From Tubulanus polymorphus (lineage: Eukaryota; Animalia; Nemertea): 64,000 nucleotides of DNA. Position 1 is the first letter of the stretch; each line of letters opens with the position of its first letter. The notes under the pieces are model-generated. The model saw nothing but the letters and a program-made list of their open reading frames with translations. It searched no databases and was not told the DNA's origin. The stretch is taken from the NCBI RefSeq assembly GCF_964204645.1, contig NC_134026.1, positions 5,789,950 to 5,853,949 of the forward strand. Direction: 5' to 3'. Position numbers and translations under genes: made by a program. Shown in pieces: positions 53,205 through 64,000 of this stretch.

Positions 53205-56200
53205 GTGAGTCTTTTAAGTTTGGAAAGATACGGACGGCGGTATAATCATCCGAAGGTTGAACATCGTTTTCCCCTATACTTGGTATACGTTTAATTCAAT
53301 TATACGAAGGCGAAATCGAATTTGCGTTGAATATTTTCAGAACGATTTCAATTCGGGAAATGAAGTATACGTGTGTATGTGCGCGTATACGCCGAGAGAC
53401 TTAGTTTTGCTTCATCGTACGAATTCCGAAGGCGTCTTCATTTTACCGAGGATGTAGTTTGACGCGGCTTTTCGTATCGACCCGATACATATCTGTGATG
53501 AGTCCATCTCCTCCTCAATACGCATTATTCAAACTGTCCCTGTACTGAATCGTCTCTCTGATATTTTGTCCCATTGCTATAAAAGAGAAGCGATTCTCCC
53601 GCGGTGGTTCAAGTCATAAGTCATAAATAGCCAACACAAACACATAGTCAGGATAACACTCATCAATTATACGTGCAACATTAACCTTTTTCGAAAGCTT
53701 CTATATCTTTTCTGTCGAATCTGTGGATGGTTTATGGATTTTTCTTAACGTACGTATATAGTTGTTTTTCTTACTTCGGGGCTTCGACGACATTTTAAGC
53801 GATGAGTATATTTCTAGATGTCATACGCAATTTTTGATTCGCTGTCACCGATCCGAACAAGACAGACGATAGCTTTAGGTCCCGGATGTCGGATGCTTTT
53901 CGGTCCCGGATGTCGTCGATGTGCGCAAAGAACGACTAGGAACGAGTGCATAGTTCCATTCAAAAACGAAGAAATATCTAAAAGACCTGACTAAAATACC
54001 TAGTCTGGGTTGATTATCATATAGAATAACCATGGATATGAAAACTGAAGATTCTGAATAAAAGCTGCAACATTTTGATTGATAAACCTTCGATCAAAGC
54101 GTCAGCGGCACTTGGCAAATGACACTTATCGTATTACTACGTATTTATACTGAATCGGAATTGCAAAACTCTTCCGTGAAATTCGTCTGCTTTATTCGAA
54201 AATTTGAAATACATAAACTACAACATAGACAGATAACCTATAAGGCATAAAAATGCCTCTCGTTGGTTGCGAAAACGATACGATACGATACAGTCCAGAT
54301 GTCAGGAGAATTAATAAAAAGAAATCTCTCGAAAGTACGGACGCTTGAAATATTCGTCGCTGCACCCAAAGCACGCAATCTAGTTCAATCTAGTTCGAAT
54401 CGCTAATAATAAGCAGAACTACAATATTTTGTTTTGTATCGATAGATTATGACAGCTGTCATTGTAGTCTGTCAATGTTCACCGCTATATCGTTTAGTTC
54501 ATTCTTTTATACCGCTTCGTGTTCCTTTCAATCAAAACAATTTTGCTCGGATACATGCAGGAAATGAAATAAAATTCCCCATTGATTTTCTCGACTATTT
54601 CATATTGATTCGCCGGGTTTTATTTATTCATTCGTACAGCGGACAAACTTGCGAGCTCTGTAATCCCAGGAATCACGATATTGCAATCAAACCAGTCTGT
54701 AAGACCGAAGTAAATTTATAAAATCGAATTATTCACGTCAAATGAACGCTATATTTCTGTCTACTAACTTTCGCATTCCGTTTGATATATCGGACCTTCT
54801 GGAGCGGAATGGACTTTGAATGCGAAAATAACCCCAAGTAATTCATCCAGAACTGAAATTGCTTTAATGATCTTTTATCAGAATTGTCATTTAACCAATA
54901 CCTTTGAGTAACATCTATTAGCCCGGGGGATGTTCCGAAATTCCATACGACCTAAAATATTCAGTCAATGCTCTATAATTTTACTAAGTTGCATTTTCTT
55001 CAAAACCGAAAAAAAAATGATCGGCTGCTAATGGCCGTTAATTGAACTAAATATCATCTGAACCGTCTAATTTGGCCCGATGAACTGTTCTAACCAGGAA
55101 GTAATATTTGCTTAGAATCTTGTTCATTTTGCGTGGGTTAAGCCTAACACGGGATATCCAGTCGCTGTTATTGTGATCATTTACAGCAATACAGCAAATA
55201 CTAATTGTGTGATTTGATATATTTCGACCAAACGACGGCATAACGATGATTGAAAATATTACTTCAGATAATATGTAACTGTATTCTAGAAGGAAAATAT
55301 TTATGGTCTTTATGAGCTACATATACAGTATTTGCTATAAATGTGTGTGGCAACAATCGAATATTCATGAAATAGGAATACGTTGCTTATTTAATCCCAA
55401 ATATTTCTTATCTATTTTCGCTGTTAATAGTGATTAATTGATAAGGTCACATTGCATTCTTTATTTCATGATTCACATCTATTCTTATGTGAATGCATCC
55501 AACATGAAAATATGCACGGCAAGTTGCATTTCTCAATCCGGTATGTTTTTCAGATGTTTCACCAATCTGCCAATATCTTGTTTTTTTCATCATCATTCTT
55601 CTTCATATTCATATAGAATGAGAAGATGCTACGCTGTACATTAAAATACATTTTTATATGTTAGAATACTGGCGTATGGTTTGCGGTTCGCAAATATCGA
55701 ATGGTCATTAATTGAAAATCTAACGCTAGGTCTCCTACGTACGAGCCCCGACCTGCCAACCCCCCCCCCCCATACACATGCCCTCATAGGCATCGATGAC
55801 GCTTCCTAATCAAAACTAAGAACGTTATGAACATGTATATGCATTGTTTAGCCATGGAAAACTGCCTTTGTGTATTTTACGAATCAATTGTATCAGTGTA
55901 TCCGGCGAATACTGAACTGTGAAATAAGGTTTCAAAGTAACATAACAAGCCACCTCGTTGGTTACTACTGCCTAGTCGTCGATACTAGGTTTGTTAGCAT
56001 CTGCAAAAACTGCAACTTTATCGCCTTGTTCGAAAATTTTCGAAATGCCATACCTCTAGAGACTGACGCTGCGCTGTAATATTTCTTTAAGAAAAAACAA
56101 TCCCCTCAATGTCGATGAAGCGCGCAGCAGTGACACCGCATCAGAAGAACGCCTTTCATTTGAGAAGTGTTCTGACTCCCTTTCTGTCGCTTCTTTTCGA

Positions 56201-57581
56201 TTTTGTTTCGTCGACGATGGGCTTTTTATTCGTAGGCTAGGCTGCGGAGGAGATGTGCTCTTCGAATTTCCTTTCGCCTAGAGTCTGGCATCATTCGTCA
56301 ATGCTTGGTTTAAGTGAAAAGAATAAAACTAATAGATGAACAAACGTTTCAAATTTTCGAACCAAGAACAAACAACAGATGTGTGAATTCAATCCTCTAG
56401 ATGAAAAACGGCATTTTCTTTAGATAAATCAACATTCCATGAGCGAAGAGCAATGGGAAATGGAGGAACTCAATTTCAGAAACGAATAAATCTTTTTTCA
56501 ACATTACGCTTTTTCATAATGAACTGCGTTTAAGCGATGACAGGAAAGGAAATGAGAGAAGCAACGATAGCACATCCCACTGATGAACAGTCGGTTTCCA
56601 GATAATCAGAAAACAATTCGCCAATTCCGGTGACACTGGGACTCAACAAGCTTCGGATTCGATTGGCGCCGATTGATGAAAACGAACCTATTCAAACGTT
56701 TCATCCGCGGCCCTGTTGCTGAAGTGCGCGCCGGAAAAGTTAGCTCTTTTATGTAACGTGCTCTGATTAGTAAATTGCTTCTGGTGAAACGAAAGCGAAA
56801 TGTATTTGACGTGTCAGCTAGTCTTCAATACGAGATAAACGAGCAAACCGCTCGGGAGTTCATCAAATTTCAGCATTTATCAGATTTTCCAGTCAGTTTT
56901 TGCTCGGCGCGAAAATGTCTAGTTTGTGCTTTGAATTGAATAGTGTCGTAGACAAAAATTTTATAAGAGCGTATGTTAATCGGATGCAAGAGCTGTACTA
57001 CAGTATCAAGGAGTTCAAATTTAATGACCGACGGGTTTGACGCGGAGGTTTTGTTTGTCGGCCCAAACTGTAGCGCGTATACAATAAGGACTGTTTACAA
57101 TCAAGCCGAATCGATTTGTCAGGCAAAGTCCCATAGGTATCATACATTTTCATACATCCCTTGAGCAAGATATGCAAAAGTAGTGAATTATAAACTGACA
57201 GAATTGCTGCTACATAAAGTGGACGAAGAATGTCTGACTAGTGGGCTACGAACGTAATGAAATGTCTCATATTCTTTGTAAGATGCATTCGCCGGGCAAA
57301 ATTTGGTTTGATCGTGATTTACGTTGAAACCAAATGCGAATTTCAGTTTTCGGATTTATAAGTCGAATACGGTGGTCGGAACTAATAATCGACGGCAGCA
57401 CTATAGTTCAAGCTTACGCATTTTTATGGAAACTATCAGGCTCAATCGCGTCGGATTAACAATAATTTCCGAGCGAATGATAATGATGATTCGACTAACT
57501 ACGAAAACCGAAGTTCGATCGGACTGTTTACGGCTCTCGTTCTGGTGGAGGGGGATTGTCGATACACTATCCGACAATGAC

Positions 57582-57728
57582 TAGGGGATCATTTCTTCAT
57601 TACGTACGCACACAATTTAAAAATTTGAAAATCGGCCATTTTCTCATAAACATTAAGCATTACAGTACGCAATTGCACTGACCCCTCCCCCTCCCTTAAT
57701 GCGTACGTAATAAATGAATGACCACTAG
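57582..57728. mobile_element. ~145 bp MITE (Harbinger/Tourist-like termini)
   Basis: taggggatcatttcttcattacgtacgca ... tgcgtacgtaataaatgaatgaccactag imperfect TIR, with TAG at both flanks. Superfamily assignment is inference. Confidence 0.65.
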
Positions 57729-60326
57729 TATAAATCAGCAATTTGAAATAAACTACTGCTGTTACTCTATATCACTCGCCTCATTCAGACCCTCCTAAAT
57801 CTCTCCTACCCTTTCACCGATCTTCACAGTATTTGCCTATTCAATCAGCTCATTCGTCGCGTATTTCTTTATTTACGTATTTCAAACGGGAAATACATTC
57901 AGTTTAATACGAGAATGTAGGGCTTTTAAACAGGATTAGAGCAATCTATCTGCAAGAAGCGCGCTTCTGTCAATTTGATTAAATTGATAGAAAAAGCGCC
58001 GGAGAAAGCGACTGGATTCAACAAGCTTAACAACAAGTGATTGCTTTAGTGGAAATAATGGATTAATTGTCTTTGCCGCAGTTGCAGAGATCGACTCTCT
58101 AAGGAGAAAGCTTTCGCCTCAAGCGACTAGTCTAAATAACATTTTGTGTAATTCCTACACGTACCCTGGGTCCAAGAAGCAGCGAGACGACCCCATGTCG
58201 ACTTCGGACGCAACGCGACTGCGACCATTTTCTGCGACGACTCTTTCTCTTGGCATTGCCAGGGACTCGTTTAACGACCGTCATACGGCTGCCAGTGACG
58301 CCAGTTGCAACACTCAATTGCGACTAGCAGAGGCAATACACACCGAAGTGGGCGAAGTACTCGAAAAGCGCCCGAAGCCCCTTTTAGATCAAGAGACTTA
58401 AGCTGATCTTGTAATCTATGATAATCTCTGAGGATTCTAAGAGTTGGTGGTGCATATCATGGATGTGTAGCCCGACGCATCGGGCTATTTCTCAACGAAG
58501 CTGAACCCTGAATGCTATTTGCGTTTTGGGTAGGGTTAACGAGCAACTCAACAGCGCGCGCAGTACACGTATCCCGAGTACCAGCGGGACGCGTTATTGT
58601 AGTCGGTATGATTTTTTTTCGATTGAGATCAGCGGGGACACGAACGACGCGGCCGTATCTGCGCCAAACAAACTGCTAGATAGTTCGATTCATGCGCGAA
58701 AACAGCCGCATACGAAATACCCCCGACCGGGCAAATTATTGATAATATGGAAACGCTTTATGTGGAATGACGCCGATGGATCGAGAGGAATATTTGCCCG
58801 CGGAGACAGATAGAAATAGTGATGACAGTGTTTTACTGTAGAGCAGACTAGCTTGTTAGGGGACGTGTGCTGACTCCTCCATTCGCATTCAACGCTGCGG
58901 GTTAACGTGCTAATATCGCTGGAAAAATAGAATACAGTTGGAGTTTTTTTTTCTCTAAATCGTGCTTTGCCTGCATACCTAACAATAACATAATGTGATA
59001 TATTCAAATATAATTTAGCTGTCTGCAGTTTACATCACGAGACTACAAGGGTTGGTCCGCTACTTTCCAAAGTTACACTGAATCACTATGACCACCTGGG
59101 TATTCATCTATCAACAGGGTGTCGCAGAAAAAAGCAACAGTTAGAAAAATTACGCTTGGCGGGGAAAACAAATACAGCCAAATAGCATTGGGTTTGGTAG
59201 ATGCGCCAAAGCATGGGCTTCATTTACATACCAATTCCATGTTGATCTACAGTTACAGATTACTGCACAATCATTACATGTATCGTATATACATGTACAT
59301 AGGTGATTAGGGTGTTTTCTATTTTCTTCTTAAGTGTTACCTTAGGCATTTCATTTCCCTTCCAATGTCATTTTGAAAAAAAAGGTAAAAAAATATCATT
59401 CCAGCGAGTGTACCAGCGTAAAACTCATTGTATCGACAGCCCCAGACGCCGGATGGCGCCATACCTAATATAGTCTGCAGGTCGGTTACAGTATGAATTA
59501 CGCGGCAAATCATTCATTATGCATTGGCACCGTTTGTTAGGTTCGACGTGATGCATGTATATTATATGAAAATTCACAAATGATTTTCGAGACAAAGATG
59601 ACGACGTGACGTAATGGTTTCATCAGGAGAAATGAACCCATTGTGAGACGAGGCAAAATAATGACAAACGATATGAACGCCTCCCCGACTAACGAAGCTA
59701 ATAGCCTAGCCGCACGGAGACAGTCGAACTCAGGTCATACAAAATAAGAACAATAGACGAATATTACAGCAAATGATAATGATAAGTTGTTCCGATGGCA
59801 GGTAGAATTCAGCTGAAACGATACGTTAAAGACGCAAGTTTCTATTGCTAGTGCAAAAGGTCAACAAGAAACTAGTTCAAAATCTAGACGTGTCCCCTGT
59901 TAAACTTAACCATCGTCTCTTCCTTACGTATCAAGTGCACTTTTCATGTTTAAGCGAGTTTTTCCTGCCGTTCAGTACCGCAAGAACCAGGACGTGACTT
60001 GACTTGGTCTATTCGTATTCTGTTTGATTTGCATATTAGTCGGTGTTGTTTTTTCTTTCTGATGCGCGATGGTTACTATACTATTCTGAAACGCGTGGTG
60101 TCACAGTGGTAACGTATAGTGGCCAAGAAATATAAAATCTACAGAAAATCGGCAGTAGCTGCTTTGCGGGTTAGCTGCTCTTGCAGTCACAATACTGCAT
60201 TAGTTAGTAATTTAAATTATCAAAAATACATTATGTAATTTATGTATTATTCAATTAGATTGCGGCCATTAGTGATAATCCTTCGGAATAATCAAACGAT
60301 ATTTCGAATTGTTAATCATGTACCGT

Positions 60327-60442
60327 CTAGGCCCGGTTTTAAAGACTGGTATTATCTATAACCCAGGGGCTAACTCAATTCATATTAAATTGAGTTAACC
60401 CCCGGGTTAATGATAATACCAGTCTATAAAACCAGTCCCTAG
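60327..60442. mobile_element. Palindromic MITE-like element, family A
   Basis: ctaggcccggttttaaagactggtattatc...gataataccagtctataaaaccagtccctag; a near full-length foldback bounded by CTAG on both sides. Confidence 0.78.
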
Positions 60443-60969
60443 TAATTAGTATTGCTAAAAATTTGAAATTTGAAGATTTAACACAGATACAGATAATACA
60501 GATGTGTGTGTCTATCATCTGAAAAATCTAAATATCTCATTCGGTGAACGACAACCATCCCAATAAGAGGTGAGTGAAGAATTTTCGTCAATTACACAAA
60601 ATGTTTTTTTTGGGCTGTGATAACGTTGATAGGTTTTCGTATCTGGGGCCGTTGCACATAAGATATAAAGGTTCCTTAAAATTCTATTGGTATTTCCTTT
60701 TATCACAACAAATGAAACTATCATAAAATGGGCCCTTCTGCCGTACCGAACAACGAAGTTCAATGAAAAGCTGTTCTGGGCGGATAGCTAGTGACATGGG
60801 CACATTTTACCAGCGGGGGTTCATTCACTAAAACAGGCGGCAAAACGGATTCCAAAATAGATAATGAATCAGATCGGATGATCGCAATATATTCGAACTT
60901 TTGGTAAACTTGTACAATTGCCTCCATTCACTTGCAGCGCACATCCACACTCCTTCTCACTTGTCAAAC

Positions 60970-61167
60970 ATGAAATTGTCACTGTTTTCTGTGATGCTGA
61001 TGGCAGCCGCGTTGGTGATTGCAACCGCAGACGAAACTTCTCCTGACGGCGACACTGACGGCGAAATTGATACAGGAATGAAATCATCAGACCTCATAGA
61101 GTTAATTGGACAAATTTTGAATTACATAATCAACGGAAACGACACATTTGTCCCAGATGATCAGTAA
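60970..61167 (+). CDS. Small secreted peptide precursor A (65 aa; signal peptide, acidic segment, amphipathic helix)
   Basis: MKLSLFSVMLMAAALVIATA-DETSPDGDTDGEIDTGMKSSDLIELIGQILNYIINGNDTFVPDDQ. AAAC ATG start context, splice-acceptor-like cacttgcag ~33 nt upstream, AATAAA at 61204-61209, and a paralog 1.7 kb downstream. Confidence 0.72.
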   Translation: MKLSLFSVMLMAAALVIATADETSPDGDTDGEIDTGMKSSDLIELIGQILNYIINGNDTFVPDDQ

Positions 61168-62676
61168 AACCATGAATCCCGCAATTCATTCCGCAAAACA
61201 ATGAATAAATATGGGAAAGATCAATTGAATTCACATTTCCTTTTTTCAAATTGGCTTTTTTCAGCAGAATAATATATTTCATGAGTAAGGTGAATGATGA
61301 CACATATTTCCTGTGATTTCAACTGTTTGTATCTGTAAAGTTGTCCTCAACGTGTCCGTTGTTTCGTGCATATAAAATTAATGTTGGTTTTTCTATCATA
61401 TGATGTCAACGTGGTAACGTATAGTAGCCTAGGAAACTGTTTTGTTGACACATATATGTTTTCTTTTGATATTTTCCGTGGCGGTTAAAACAAACCAAAA
61501 TAGCCGGTTCATGCTGGTTGAAAGATTGTTTGAATGAACCGTAACCGAATTTCCCAATTATGTTCTTCACTCAAAACATTTTTCACTATGTCACCTCACT
61601 TCACATTCAATCGAAAATTATTAATGCTATTTTTCTACCAAGTAAAATCATAAGGACATAAAACGAGGAAGCTTTGTCTGATTTTCATATTCAATCGGTT
61701 TTTAGAATATGCCATAAGTTGACAAAAACAACGAAAACACACGATCGTCAGTACAAAAGTATGAATTTTCATTTTTTAAACAAAAACTAATATCTGTGCA
61801 TTGCATCAGAAAATAAATATATTCATGAATTGAGACAAACTTTAACGATGAAACATGTGGCAATATATTTACGAATCCAGCACTGATTGCATAACACGTC
61901 TGGGTTGGCTTTCATTTAGAAAACGACTACATCTCGAGAAAGGTGAGTACAAAATATCGTCCGAATTAGTTATCGACATTTACCTAACGACAAAAACCCA
62001 CCGTAATTAACACAGGGATCAAACATCGAACGTACTTTCACGGCTACTTTCAGAAATACGTGGCGATTATCCCTAATATCGTTGTATCATTGAAATTCGT
62101 ATTCTTGCATTGGAACTTCCATCTTCAGAGTGATTGACTTCACAAATACGTCGTTTTTTATTTATAACATGGATACTGTCAAAATCAACAACAGCATTTT
62201 TGATGCATCAAAAAAAACGTTAATGGAAATATTTCTGACGCGTCGAATGATGCGTCAATTTCATTAACGTCGTAGGTCACATTCACTTTGTTACGCAGCT
62301 ACTGGATTGATTGATCCTTGTGGGGTGTTGTCTTAGCTTCATATATCACAGTATTCATTTCACCTACATTGCCGTGTTCATTTTGCCAAAAAATCTTATA
62401 CGATGACATAACGCATATCCTCTACATTTTGGTAATTATTTATCGGTAAAGCGAAGCTGGTAACAATCAAGTAAAATACAAACGAGTATGGGGGAAATAA
62501 GCATAAATTTGGACTCGGCCGATCTGCGCACGAACGAGAATGGATTTGATAATGGCAATGATGGATAAAACAGAAAACAGAAACCAGGACATGAACACCT
62601 TTTGCTACTTGAAATTATAGAATTTGCTTTAACAACTTTCAGATTTACTAGTAGTGCATTCCCACTCTTGTCGAAA

Positions 62677-62859
62677 ATGAAATTGTCGCTGGTTTTGGTG
62701 ATGTTGGTGTTAACCGCCTCGGTGATCGCTACATCTGCAGAAGATGCACCTTTCTTTTATCGCCATAAAGGTATTGAAAAAATTGTAGCTGATGAAATTG
62801 TCGGTCGTCAGAGACGATCAGATGAACTCAACGCAGATTCCCCACTAAAATCGGGTTGA
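62677..62859 (+). CDS. Small secreted peptide precursor B (60 aa; signal peptide, RQRR convertase site, C-terminal Gly)
   Basis: MKLSLVLVMLVLTASVIATSA-EDAPFFYRHKGIEKIVADEIVGRQRR-SDELNADSPLKSG. GAAA ATG start context, acceptor-like actttcag at ~62642, AATAAA at 62916-62921. The 5' UTR and signal DNA are similar to peptide A. Confidence 0.7.
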   Translation: MKLSLVLVMLVLTASVIATSAEDAPFFYRHKGIEKIVADEIVGRQRRSDELNADSPLKSG

Positions 62860-64000
62860 ATCAAATCCAGAATGGAATTCTTTGAGGTTTAGTAAAACTT
62901 GTCAATATTGATGAAAATAAATGATAACAAAAAAGAAAAACGAAATATTTACGGATTCCCACTGTCGAATAGCTGACCCGTGATATTTCGAAAAGTTTTT
63001 GTGAGTTTCACATTTAGAATGAAATGATTCGATATTTCAGGCAATTCTACGTTTGTTGTGTTATATGTTAGACAAGAGTATGCATTCTTGGCATACCCGT
63101 GGAATTAAACCGCATTAAGGTATCAGAGTCGGAAATATACAGCGAAATCTGGACCACAAACCTAATGGGAGAATAGAGAGGGAGAGAGAGAGGGTGAGAG
63201 AGGGTTGGAGAAGCCAGGTGTCTGCAGCGTGAACAGGTGAAAGGTATAGCAGACGAACTAAACATATACTGTATTTGTTTTGCTTCGCAGTAAGTTTAAA
63301 CTTAACCAGTGATATTCGGTAGCAGTAACAGATTGCGTCAACTCATCAACGCGAAGAGAGTTTTTAATGAATGAAAATGCGATTCATTGCTCTAGCGCAT
63401 GAATGAGGTTAACAGCTGTAATCAAGCTTAAAGCAAAACAACAAAAAACCACTAATATATACGATTCTTTTCGAAACGACTGCATAATTTTCAACCAGAA
63501 ATTTTTACGATCAACACGTTGAGAAATAGTTACTAGAATCACATTGTAGATTGTAGATTTCGGATGATTAATGCCAAAAGCTACGTGTAAACATGGCCAT
63601 GTTCGTGATAATGTTATTCCGACTACAAGCACGCGGAAATAAGTGTTTGATACACGCAAAAACTCCATTTGAATCTGTAAAGATCGGAAATTCTGTCGCT
63701 TTATAACACAAAAATCATCCGCGTGAAGATCAGAAACGACCCTGATCTGATAACGGTTGACTGTCTGGGTTTAAGTTAAAAACCCATACCACATTGAATC
63801 TATCGTATGCCGGTGAATAAACTAGATGAATCTCGCCCAGGTCAAGTATGTCATAAAATCAGTTACGAGGTTTTATGCTTTCATGAAAAAAATGGGAGAA
63901 CAGGAACAGGTCCCCTTGAAGTGCGGTTGTGATCAAAGTGATCTCTTCGTCGCTCTGCGATCCTGGTGCCCGACCGTAGTACATCGACACTGAGGTTATT

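Noticed and set aside
58144-58813. GC-richer region with 85-95 aa ORFs
   Set aside because: Non-ATG starts, no domain motifs and no convincing splice boundaries.
62857-62895. TGA of peptide B as selenocysteine or readthrough (in-frame IKSRMEFFEV then TAG TAA)
   Set aside because: No SECIS-like hairpin or readthrough context is visible before the polyA signal.
1-64000. CRISPR arrays, prokaryotic operons/defence systems, autonomous transposase or RT genes
   Set aside because: The sequence is intron-containing animal DNA with no regularly spaced repeat-spacer array and no long ORF other than the LRR-Ig gene.

Overview
This is AT-rich eukaryotic (metazoan) genomic DNA with GT-AG introns and no obvious CpG depletion, which suggests an invertebrate; the exact taxon cannot be read from the sequence. 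No prokaryotic operons, CRISPR arrays, rRNA or convincing tRNA genes were seen. Manual splicing yields five genes. (1) A complete 19-coding-exon MATE/SLC47-type transporter (minus, 3-5941, ~656 aa). (2) An 8-exon, three-Ig-domain lachesin/IgLON-like gene (minus, 7323-25058, ~614 aa) with a ~12.4 kb first intron; it ends in a Ser-Gly/acidic/basic proteoglycan-like tail instead of a GPI signal. (3) An LRR-Ig-transmembrane receptor with an uninterrupted CDS (plus, 41568-43091, 507 aa). (4, 5) A tandem pair of small secreted-peptide genes (60970-61167 and 62677-62859) with conserved signal peptides and rapidly diverged mature regions. The rest is non-coding, with several palindromic/TIR MITE-like elements, a three-copy ~300 bp dispersed repeat and a 100 bp hairpin resembling a Penelope-type hammerhead relic. 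The best novelty candidates are the peptide pair and the anchor-less Ig proteoglycan.
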